From: Nemertoderma westbladi
Taxonomy: Eukaryota > Animalia > Xenacoelomorpha
NCBI GenBank assembly: GCA_032718475.1
Contig: JAUCBJ010000727.1
Location: forward strand, 13,229-77,228
DNA length: 64,000 bases
Reading direction: 5' to 3'
Shown: positions 11,692-21,682 of the stretch, piece after piece
Numbering within the stretch: position 1 is the first letter of the stretch
Layout: the number at the start of each line of letters is the position of its first letter
Program-made: the position numbers and the translations under genes
Notes under the pieces: model-generated
Seen by the model: only the letters and a program-made list of their open reading frames with translations
What the model was told of the DNA's origin: nothing
Database searches by the model: none

Positions 11692-13275
11692 ATGGCCAGC
11701 GATTCATTATATCGAGCTCCGAGTGTCAAACCTCCAACGTTGTCAGATCTTAAAGACGCAGCTGAAAGAACAGGACTAGTATTAGAGGAACATGAGTTTG
11801 AGGAATATCAGAAAGTCATGCATTCTGCTCTAAAATCTTACGATGTAATCTATGATCTACCAGAACCTGTGCCACCCACTAAGTACCCACGATTACCCGG
11901 TTATCAGCCACATCCTGAGGATAACGTTGGGAGAGCTTGGTATTGGCGATGTGACATTAAGGGAGCTAAGGATGGTCTCTTAGCTGGTAAGTGTCTAGCG
12001 ATCAAAGATAATGTCCAGGTAGCTGGAGTTCCAATGATAAATGGTTCGAAATTAATTGAAGGTTTTATTCCACCATTTGATGCAACAATTATAACAAGAA
12101 TCTTGGACCAGGGAGGGCATATCATTGGAAAGGCATCCTGTGAGGATTTGTGTCATGGTGGGAGCAGTTACAGTTGCAGCTCTGGACCAGTGCCAAATCC
12201 ATTTTGCTCCACTAAAAGCGCTGGTGGCTCCAGTTCAGGCAGTGCATATCTAGTGGCTAAAAAAGAAGTGGATATGGCAATAGGAGGTGATCAAGGAGGT
12301 TCTATACGGTATCCGTCATGTTGGTGTGGAGTTGTGGGTCTGAAACCCACTTTTGGCCTGGTGCCATACACAGGAATCATGCCCATAGAATTAACAATTG
12401 ATCACACTGGTCCCATCGCATCATGTGTTACAGACTGTGCTATTCTTCTTGAAGCTATTGCTGGATATGATGGTGGGTTGGATCCAAGGCAACCATATAA
12501 CATTCCGGTACCGAAATATTCTCTGTTGTTGACTGGCGATTTAGCTGGGAAGAAAATCGGTATCTTAGAAGAAGGATTTATAGATTGCGATCCTGAGGTG
12601 GAACTCTTGGTAAAAGGAGCGGCTAGAAAGTTAAGCGAAAGAGGAGCAACAGTTGACATGGTATCAGTTCCAGAACATATGAAGGGTTTGGCGATTTGGT
12701 ATCCAATTGCTTTAGAGGGAGCATATAATCAAATGATTAAAGGAGCAGGCGATGGTATGAATTGGTCTGGTCAATATTCCACAGCTCTGAGAGATAAAGT
12801 GGCTAGAGGTTTGAAGACAAACATCAATGATATTTCTATCAAACTCAAATTTGGTATTCTTCTTAACGAGTACTTGGCTGTAAATTACAACGGTCGCTTT
12901 TATTCGAAAGCACAGAATTTAGTCCGTTGGTTGAGAGCTGCTTACGATAAAGCTCTGGAGAAATATGATGTCCTGATTATGCCAACAATTAAATTTCCCC
13001 CTGCGGATTTACCCAAACAGGAAGATACCATCTCTCAGATCCTTCGCAAAGGAAGTTCTATGTGGGGAAATACATCCCAATTCAACGTAACCCACCACCC
13101 GGCTCTCAGCATCAATGTTGGATTCTACCAGAATTTACCTGTTGGAATGCAAATCGTTGGCAGATGTTTCGATGACGTCACGGTTTTAAACGCTGCTTAC
13201 GCATGGGAACTCGTATCTGATGGCCAATTTAATCCGAAACAGAGAATTTGCAAAAATTCAGATAATGTCGCATGA
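11692..13275 (+). CDS. Amidase-signature family amidase, copy 3; single coding exon, 11-aa C-terminal extension
   Basis: 527-aa ORF, paralog of copies 1 and 2, intact triad motifs and CEDLC. Confidence 0.95.
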   Translation: MASDSLYRAPSVKPPTLSDLKDAAERTGLVLEEHEFEEYQKVMHSALKSYDVIYDLPEPVPPTKYPRLPGYQPHPEDNVGRAWYWRCDIKGAKDGLLAGKCLAIKDNVQVAGVPMINGSKLIEGFIPPFDATIITRILDQGGHIIGKASCEDLCHGGSSYSCSSGPVPNPFCSTKSAGGSSSGSAYLVAKKEVDMAIGGDQGGSIRYPSCWCGVVGLKPTFGLVPYTGIMPIELTIDHTGPIASCVTDCAILLEAIAGYDGGLDPRQPYNIPVPKYSLLLTGDLAGKKIGILEEGFIDCDPEVELLVKGAARKLSERGATVDMVSVPEHMKGLAIWYPIALEGAYNQMIKGAGDGMNWSGQYSTALRDKVARGLKTNINDISIKLKFGILLNEYLAVNYNGRFYSKAQNLVRWLRAAYDKALEKYDVLIMPTIKFPPADLPKQEDTISQILRKGSSMWGNTSQFNVTHHPALSINVGFYQNLPVGMQIVGRCFDDVTVLNAAYAWELVSDGQFNPKQRICKNSDNVA

Positions 13276-13392
13276 AGTATACTGTAGACTCGTTTATAAT
13301 TGTGCCTAGTTAGGATAAGTCAGTACGGAACGGTATAAACACTGAAAACTGGACAGGCCATGGCGTTACGTCATGGCGTAACGAATTCTATA

Positions 13393-13849
13393 TTTTATTC
13401 CAAAATTGTAACATTACTCAACGCCGTTAGTATTAACAGCGAGTTGTTATTTAGCACTTTACAACTTTTGAGGACATTACAGCATTGTATTGGCCTGTAC
13501 ATATAGAATTGTATTTGGTGTTATCCGTTAAGTAATGTCCCCTTAGTGGACATTACTTAACGCCGTCATTGGTTACCACGTAAACAATAGGTGGAAATTT
13601 GCCTGCCAGCAGGATAGGCCTACTGGGAACCTACCGGTAGTCGGGGTATAGCTATTAATAACCAGTTGGGCCTAGCTATATTATTATAACATGGCTCCAA
13701 ACGTCACCATAAATATAAGCTAACTTATTTATAACATAATTTATGTCATTTTTACATTTATTTATACAGCAACTAATTTAATTTGTGCAGTTTCTATCAC
13801 TTATAATATATATACAATCAATTCGTAATGTTACAATTTTGGAATAAAA
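13393..13849. mobile_element. Foldback/MITE-like element with 25-bp inverted repeats and an internal perfect hairpin
   Basis: TTTTATTCCAAAATTGTAACATTAC at 13393 and its reverse complement ending 13849; 15-bp-stem hairpin at 13526-13562; no TSD identified. Confidence 0.5.
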
Positions 13850-14563
13850 CGACATACATACTTGTTGAAAAGTACTTTACAGTGTTTTCTGATCCTCGTG
13901 GCTTTATTTTCACTCACTCACTAACGATCGTTCGTGTAACAACAAAGCCACTCGGATCATCACACTGTAAAGTGCTACTTTACACACAAGTAAGTAAATA
14001 GTTATTACATTTAATAAAAATTCATCTCTAGGGCCTCGATGTTTTATGATTAACTATTACTCATAAAATATGTGTGTTGTGTGTAACGAAATATAGAACA
14101 AAAATCGAAAAAAATCACTCTCAAAACGTCTCACAAATCACAATCAATTTCACTAACTATCAGATCACTATTTCTATTGGATGGCCTAATGGCACCATAC
14201 GATGCGATAACCAATACCATGCCACATAATGTTACACCATTATTGTCAAACACCCCATAACAAGGCGTCCTTTAATGACCCATGCCATCACCCCATGTCA
14301 CCTTTACGAATTCACTTAATTATTACAATATTATAATTATTATGTTTACAAATATATGGATGCCATAATGTTTCGAGCTACAATAATACTCCAATAATAT
14401 AAAGCAACGGCGGCTGGTTCGTAGTAATTAATTTAATAATGAATAGCGGAAAATATAGAGTAGAATAAAGATTTAGAATAAATATATTATTAATTAATTA
14501 TTTAAATTTAAATTATATAAATATTTAAATTATATAAATTATTTATTACTTTTTACTGCCATT

Positions 14564-15530
14564 CAGGCCCGTATCGTGCGGGGGGGGGGGGGGGGCTTTG
14601 GGGGCACTGCCCCCCCCCCCCCAGACAAGTCCCACTGCCCCCCCAGAGATGTCTTGTTCACTCGTCTTGTTCACAATTAATTAATAATAATAGTGTTGAC
14701 CCCAGTGATCAATATTATTGGATTCACATTGATATACACCCGAAAGCTCCAGGTTCTCTCATTGGCTACCAGGGGTTGTTTGTCGTTGACCCATTATCTA
14801 TTTGTCTGTGATTTTGGAGTCAGCTTGCAGCTAAAAGGATAGGCGCTGAGGGTTACTTGCGCTGGTATCCATATTTATAATTTGTTGTAACTTAACCTTA
14901 ACCATATTATACCTGAAGTGGGTCCTTCGCGCAGCACGTGATATAAACTTATGTCAGTGTCAACTTGAAAGAAATATAAGCAAAATCTAAGCAAATGCCC
15001 TTGATCACCCTTGATGCCCTTGAAAACTGCAGTCTATTTTCAAGACCCCAGAAAAAGTTTAAATGACACAGCTAATGGTCTAGTACAATTCTGCCAAGTT
15101 TCCGCTTAAACGGTTTAAATTCAAAGAAATGGGAGGACATTTAATGCTTAGACATGTAGCCATCTAGCAGGAGACTGTTGAACTGTTGGTGTCAAAGGTT
15201 GCTAAAAAATGTCAAGTTTTGGACATATTTATGCCTACAGATTTTCAATTCGATAGCTTTAAATCTGACGAATGTTACGTGAATGAAATCGTTACGTCAA
15301 CAACTATTTGCCATTATTGACATACTACTTAACTTAACAGTGTCTGTTCGCCAAGGCTCCGCCAATTTCGTGGCTCGCCCCACACACCTTTCAACAATAT
15401 TGATTATATTTATGTACTAAGTTAACTCTCACTTTGTTATATGCTCCCCAAATCCCAGTTATGGGTTTGCCCCCCCAGATTTGGCCTCTGCCCCCCCCCC
15501 CCCAGATATTATGATCACCATACGGGCCTG
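14564..15530. mobile_element. Non-autonomous hAT element
   Basis: TIRs CAGGCCCGTA / TACGGGCCTG, subterminal G/C runs, perfect 8-bp TSD CTGCCATT at 14556-14563 and 15531-15538. Confidence 0.88.
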
Positions 15531-15839
15531 CTGCCATTTTTGTACAACATTACCGACTGTGGTATGTAGGCCTACACGACGTGTGACTTTCAATGAAGTT
15601 TTCGTACTGGTGGCGGGTTGTTTGTTTTTATAATTGTTGCATAGTAATAATACCAAGATAAAGTGCATTTTTTTAAACTAACTATTATAAATAACTATTT
15701 ATTGTTACTGAATTAATTTACATTAATTAATATTTATTAATTTTAAAACGAAATGGAATTTCCTTCAACGGTTATTATTTTATTTCTATAGGTGTATATT
15801 AGACCTTTAGCTTTATTTTACTTTGTCGCACTAACTAAC

Positions 15840-15965
15840 CATCTATCGTGTAACACATGACAGTGAGACTTTTGGTGAGGTCGGCATTCCTGTGGACCAT
15901 AATCTGAGCAATTCCAATATTCTCCTCCACTTTATAAATATCCCGGGCGAAATAAACCGTTGGTT
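15840..15965 (-). CDS. FREM2: FREM2/ECM3-like gene, coding exon 8 (start of second Calx-beta domain); last exon found
   Basis: 126 nt, (E)PTVYFARDIYKVEENIGIAQIMVHRNADLTKSLTVMCYTID(G); AG acceptor and GTTAG donor, phase 1/1; not in the ORF track. Confidence 0.85.
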
Positions 15966-16140
15966 CTAAATGTAATAAAGTTAAAATAAATGAAACTTTT
16001 ATTCTTATGATAGTATTTTTATTCGGCTCGCTAGATGGTCATCTCCAGGTGTGAAATAAAGAGTTTCTATATAAATGTTATGATTTAATATATTTCACCG
16101 GAAATAAAGCACAATACATAACAGTATAATCCTTTTCTAG

Positions 16141-17399
16141 CAGGGTTGATAAAAATCATGATTTTTTAAAAAAAATCAAAAAAATCAGATTTTTTTGATT
16201 TAAATCAGATTTTTTTTGATTTAAATCAGATTTTTATGATTTAAATCGGGTGACTACAAAGCAAAGACCCAATTAACAAAGACCTGTACAAAACACATCT
16301 GTTAACTTTCGTTTATTGTTTTGGTTCCCCCAACACGCTTCTGTAACCTGCTCTTTACTAACCTGCTCCTTTACTAACCTGCTCCTGTAAATGGCAATGG
16401 GACCTAATGCTCTATATGGCAATGGGACCTAACGCCCTTTGGGACGTAACGCATCTTTACCTCTTTGTTTTGTAGAGTTCCCAAAGCTCATTATGTTACA
16501 TTGCCATTTAAAGGAACAGGTTAGTAAAGGAGCATGTTACAGAGGCTTGTTGACCAAAACAATAAACGAAAGTTAACACATGTTCCAAGATTATGCAGGT
16601 CTTTATTATTTGGGTTTTTGGTCTTTGTTTTGTAGTCACCCATTTAAATCACATTTTTTTATTTAAATCAGATTTTTTTTATTTAAATCAGAATTCATAT
16701 GAAAACATTGTGAAGACTTCTCGCTTCATCAATGCCCTCTTGTTTAAACGGGATCCCGATCCTTATACCGAAAAACCGGGATCCCAGCGAAATATCCAAT
16801 CCCGATTCCGACTTTTTAGGAACGGGATCCCGAAGTTTAAAGTGTTAAATAAATTTGTTGAACATCTAAAAAAAGTTCCAGCAGAACGGAAATGTTTTGA
16901 TTTTATCTAATTTTTATTTCAGTAAACCATTCAGTAATAAATTATAAGATATTATAATATAACTTTATCTTACTAATATTTCAGAAGTGTAAAATAAAGT
17001 GAGTGTTACCGAAAACTCGCCACATATACTATGAACTTTAATGAATTTAATCCAAAATTACACGGGATCTCGAGAGTGATAATCCCGGTCCCGATCCCGG
17101 AAATCCCGAAACGTCTGAATTCGAATATAAACTAAATAAACAAAAAACTGAATAGGACTCTAAACTTCAACTTAATTAATGGTCCTGTGTATACTGTATG
17201 GTATTGAAAATGCGAGCGACATGATACTGTATTTTCATGTAAATATTTAGGTAATTTGAATCATTTATTAATAATCAATAATGTAATGTTAATCCTGGCC
17301 TTAAAGCATGGTTGATAAAATTCATGGTATTAAAAAAATAAAAAAAATCCGATTTTTTTGATTTTGATTTTAAATCATGATTTAAATCAAACAACCCTG
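16141..17399. mobile_element. Non-autonomous hAT element with GATTTAAATC subterminal repeats, containing nested insertions
   Basis: TIRs CAGGGTTG / CAACCCTG; perfect 8-bp TSD TTTTCTAG at 16133-16140 and 17400-17407. Confidence 0.85.
16248..16641. mobile_element. Mutator-like MITE with long imperfect TIRs, nested in the hAT element
   Basis: GGGTGACTACAAAGCAAAGACC / GGTCTTTGTTTTGTAGTCACCC, with arms pairing further inward; 9-bp flank ATTTAAATC on both sides. Related fragments near 10180-10250, 32830 and 46690-46740. Confidence 0.75.
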
Positions 17400-17696
17400 T
17401 TTTCTAGAAACATAAAATTATGTAGCTATTTGAAATTTCGAGAGAAGAACAGCCAATTTTAATAATGAAACTACGGATTAGATGAAAATACAAAACTTTA
17501 TTTGGAAAAATGCTGTTTTATTTCAATGTCACAAGTAGTTATTTATATAACAGCTCAACTCCAATTCATTACATAGTAACAATTTTTCACAGAAATTTTA
17601 GTTTGAAATTAACAGCAAAATTATTATAAATACAATCAAGAGGTAGTTTTGTTCATTATGGATTGAAACATTGAAGTATCTAGCATTATTCGACGG

Positions 17697-18617
17697 TACA
17701 CAGAGGCGCTACACAGAGGCGCTACACAGAGGCGCTACACAGAGGCGCTACACAGAGGCGCTACACAGAGGCGCTACACAGAGGCGCTACACAGAGGCGC
17801 TACACAGAGGCGCTACACAGAGGCGCTACACAGAGGCGCTACACAGAGGCGCTACACAGAGGCGCTACACAGAGGCGCTACACAGAGGCGCTACACAGAG
17901 GCGCTACACAGAGGCGCTACACAGAGGCGCTACACAGAGGCGCTACACAGAGGCGCTACACAGAGGCGCTACACAGAGGCGCTACACAGAGGCGCTACAC
18001 AGAGGCGCTACACAGAGGCGCTACACAGAGGCGCTACACAGAGGCGCTACACAGAGGCGCTACACAGAGGCGCTACACAGAGGCGCTACACAGAGGCGCT
18101 ACACAGAGGCGCTACACAGAGGCGCTACACAGAGGCGCTACACAGAGGCGCTACACAGAGGCGCTACACAGAGGCGCTACACAGATGCGCTACACAGAGG
18201 CGCTACACAGAGGCGCTACACAGAGGCGCTACACAGAGGCGCTACACAGAGGCGCTACACAGAGGCGCTACACAGAGGCGCTACACAGAGGCGCTACACA
18301 GAGGCGCTACACAGAGGCGCTACACAGAGGCGCTACACAGAGGCGCTACACAGAGGCGCTACACAGAGGCGCTACACAGAGGCGCTACACAGAGGCGCTA
18401 CACAGAGGCGCTACACAGAGGCGCTACACAGAGGCGCTACACAGAGGCGCTACACAGAGGCGCTACACAGAGGCGCTACACAGAGGCGCTACACAGAGGC
18501 GCTACACAGAGGCGCTACACAGAGGCGCTACACAGAGGCGCTACACAGAGGCGCTACACAGAGGCGCTACACAGAGGCGCTACACAGAGGCGCTACACAG
18601 AGGCGCTACACAGAGGC
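17697..18617. repeat. Near-perfect 13-bp minisatellite (TACACAGAGGCGC), about 71 copies
   Basis: Uninterrupted array; one substitution seen (18186). Confidence 0.97.
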
Positions 18618-18798
18618 CTACTTATAAAATCAATACATTTTTATTTTATTATGCAGCAGCGCAAAGAATGAAAAATGAATGAAAAACAATGAAAAAATTA
18701 TCAATGAAAATTAAATCATAGAATTATATTGCAATAAAACATAATCGTTATATAACATTCCGAGAAGCGACTGTAATGCGGCCAATTAATAAACTCAC

Positions 18799-19029
18799 CA
18801 TCCTCGGGGTCGACCACAGTAACCGAGGATTGTTTCGGATTTACCAACAACGTAGCTATCGGGTTGTCCAGGTTGACCAACAGTTTCTCGGACTGCTCAT
18901 ACTCGCCGTCGTCCACGAGATCGAGGTTCCAGAACGCTTCGGAGTCCCCTGGTTCGAACGTTACCTTCCGCTGAGGTTTGGTGACGTAATCCTTGCTGCG
19001 AGTTGTACCCATGTCTCTCACCGTCACGC
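18799..19029 (-). CDS. FREM2: FREM2/ECM3-like gene, coding exon 7 (Calx-beta domain 1, C-terminal part)
   Basis: 231 nt, (G)VTVRDMGTTRSKDYVTKPQRKVTFEPGDSEAFWNLDLVDDGEYEQSEKLLVNLDNP...VVDPED; AG and GTGAG sites, phase 1/1. Confidence 0.92.
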
Positions 19030-20548
19030 CTAAATAAACGAAACTTCATACAGTTAAGAAATGAACATTTTAAAAGAAAACAAACACTACGAAATATGAG
19101 ATGACATGACATTTCGGAATGGATAAATAATATTTAGTTTACTTGCATAGCATAACCCCCCCCCCTCTCCATTTTTTGCAGATAATAATTTAGTTTTATA
19201 TTACTTTCATGTACTGGAAGTCGTGGTTACATTTTTTATTTATTAACAAACAAAATTGTTTTCATTTTACGTGGATTATCAGTTAAGTATTACAATTAAA
19301 TATATCGTCTTACAAAATAAGCATCATTCTCATAATGATTTTATAAATAGGCTTGGTAGGACAACGAACTGCAGGTCACTCACTACTATTCATTTATTTA
19401 TATTACTGTTTATAATGTGAAATTGATATCGGAAATTTGGGTAGTTATAGTGAAAAAGGCCCCCGGGCCTTGGAAGACGATATATTATTTCGATGTGAAT
19501 TTGTTCAGTAAATGTTTAGTTGTAACTAACTGATATGTTTCCATTTATATCATATTTTTTTTATCCAAATTTTTGAGTACAGTGTTTGATCTACCTGTAA
19601 CACTTCCACCTATATAGTCCATGGAGTTTATATTTTTTTGTAATATTTCAAGGGAGCCCCCCCACCCCCAACCCCCCGTTTTTTCTTAATTTATATATAT
19701 GTCTACAATGTGGTAGCAAAATGCATAGAAACGATATACTATTGAAAAGAGAATCATCAAAAGTAAATAAAATTAAAAAAAATTTTATTGAGTGATTTGA
19801 GTGAATTTTATCACGTGAGATTTTCACAATTTTAAAAAGAATACTCCTCCTTTACTTTCCATTTTCCGATACCACTTTTTTGGAACCAGAAACTTTCGGC
19901 CATTTTTATATTTTCATTTTTCATTTTTTATTTCTGATAATTGGCAATTTTGAAAAAAATAAAAATTAAAAAAATTAAAAAACACTGTTTTTCAAAATTT
20001 TCATTAAAAAAATCGGAAAATATTATGAGATCAAGAAAACTGTCCGAAATTTATTGAAGCTTATAAAATTGCCTTTCATATAAAGCAAAATTGAAAAAAA
20101 TGATTAAGAAATGGCGGGGGGAGGGGGGGGGGGGGGGGGGGGGGGTAGGGCAACATTGCCTGTATGGGGTCTGGTTGGTTAATAGTGTCTGACATAAAGG
20201 AAGCGAGCTACAATTATGTTTATGGGGTTTTCGGGGTTGCCGGTTGCTGATTATTATTGCCGACGTCAGTTTTAAAATTTTGTGTAATTTTGTCTGTTTG
20301 TCTTACATTTTGACAGACAGTCGTTTTCAGATTGAAATCCACATTAAATTCTGCTCTAGGTGCAATAAAAAGCTGCGATTTTGACCCAGGGGGACGTGCG
20401 CCCCCCGCCCGCATGAAATTATTAAAATTAGATAAATAAGGAAAGCGTTGTGAAATTTGATGTAGGTACCGGTACCGGTACCGGTACCATGTTACTTTTA
20501 CGTTATTCCAAAGCGCCAGCCGATATATAATTGACGGAATTCACTTAC

Positions 20549-20698
20549 CAACCATAGATGATGGTTTCAGATTTCCTCGTCTTACTAAACGTATTATCAA
20601 TCCATCTTTTGTATTTTCTTCCACAACGTAAGTTGTGTTATCCAAATAGGTGTAGGACCAGCTCAATGAAAATGTTTGATCAGGGAGACGGTTTCCGC
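20549..20698 (-). CDS. FREM2: FREM2/ECM3-like gene, coding exon 6 (start of Calx-beta 1)
   Basis: 150 nt, (G)GNRLPDQTFSLSWSYTYLDNTTYVVEENTKDGLIIRLVRRGNLKPSSMV; AG and GTAAG sites, phase 1/1. Confidence 0.9.
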
Positions 20699-21589
20699 CT
20701 AAATAATTAATTAAAAACAGATCTTGAATTCTTGTGAAAAAGTTGGTTTTTATTATTTTCACCCAGTTAAAAATTATATTACTTTATGACATATTTGCAG
20801 TAAAATAATTAAAGGAAACTTTTTTACTCTCAGGTACCAATGTTAAAAATTAGATTTGAGGACTTCAATTTTCATTGTATCCTTATTTGGTTTTGAATGT
20901 TTGTTGGTAATTAGATTCATTCAACAAGGAAGAGCAGGGTGAGCCATCATTGCCCCCAATGACTCATAAAGGGCAGTAATGGGATGCAGCGAATTACTGT
21001 CTTCCCAGTTTGCGCAATGTTCAGTTAATCTCGAAAGAAATTGCGGTACTACTAATTCTGTGCTTACGCAAGCTAAACGCCAATAGTCGCCGCATAATTG
21101 TGGGTTTATTGCGACGCATTGATCGATGGCACGACACCGATGATGACCCAATGCAATGAAGGTAAATCAGATATAGTAATTGAACTGGCTTGAGGAACGT
21201 GGAGGGCCATTCCCCATTCGTTTAATTAATAACACTCTTTTCATTATTATTGTGTATCATTTTACCCATCATTTTATCATTTATTGCGATATACGTAATT
21301 ATATTCGAAAATTAGTTAATATAACTCCCGGATAAGATTTGCGCATCATTTAGAGTGTTTCGAAAAAAGGTCAAAAGGAAGCAGACGTGAACTTGGAGGT
21401 GAAAAAGCAAGAGACGCAATAAAAGCAAAACGCAATTTTTTAGATGGTAGGCCTACAATAATGCCTTAAATTATCGGCCAATGAACTGCATAGTAAAATA
21501 CGGTTAACACTTATAAGTTTAATTAAACTGCTTCGTATAATATATACCGTTGGTTGTTTAATCTTTGATATTGTTATGTTAAAACTTAC

Positions 21590-21682
21590 CATCATCAGTA
21601 ACATCGAACTTAAATTCGTCTGCAGTGGCGTTTATCATACCATCATTGAGAATGTATGCCAGCCTCATGTCGTCAATATCAA
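21590..21682 (-). CDS. FREM2: FREM2/ECM3-like gene, coding exon 5 (end of last CSPG repeat)
   Basis: 93 nt, (V)DIDDMRLAYILNDGMINATADEFKFDVTDD; CAG acceptor and GTAAG donor, phase 1/1; resembles FREM2 ADIDDMKICYVL..GANATSD; not in the ORF track. Confidence 0.88.

Noticed and set aside
2811-12659. Repeated antisense ORFs within the amidase genes
   Set aside because: Shadows of the conserved sense-strand CDS, recurring only because the genes are duplicated.
2593-13275. Bacterial contamination as the source of the amidases
   Set aside because: Genes are separated by kilobases of AT-rich DNA with animal transposons and satellites; no operon partners such as nitrile hydratase.
17671-18682. 318-aa and 165-aa ORFs of (TQRRYTEALHRGA)n
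   Set aside because: By-products of a stop-free 13-bp tandem repeat in an intron; no codon-level variation or other coding signal.
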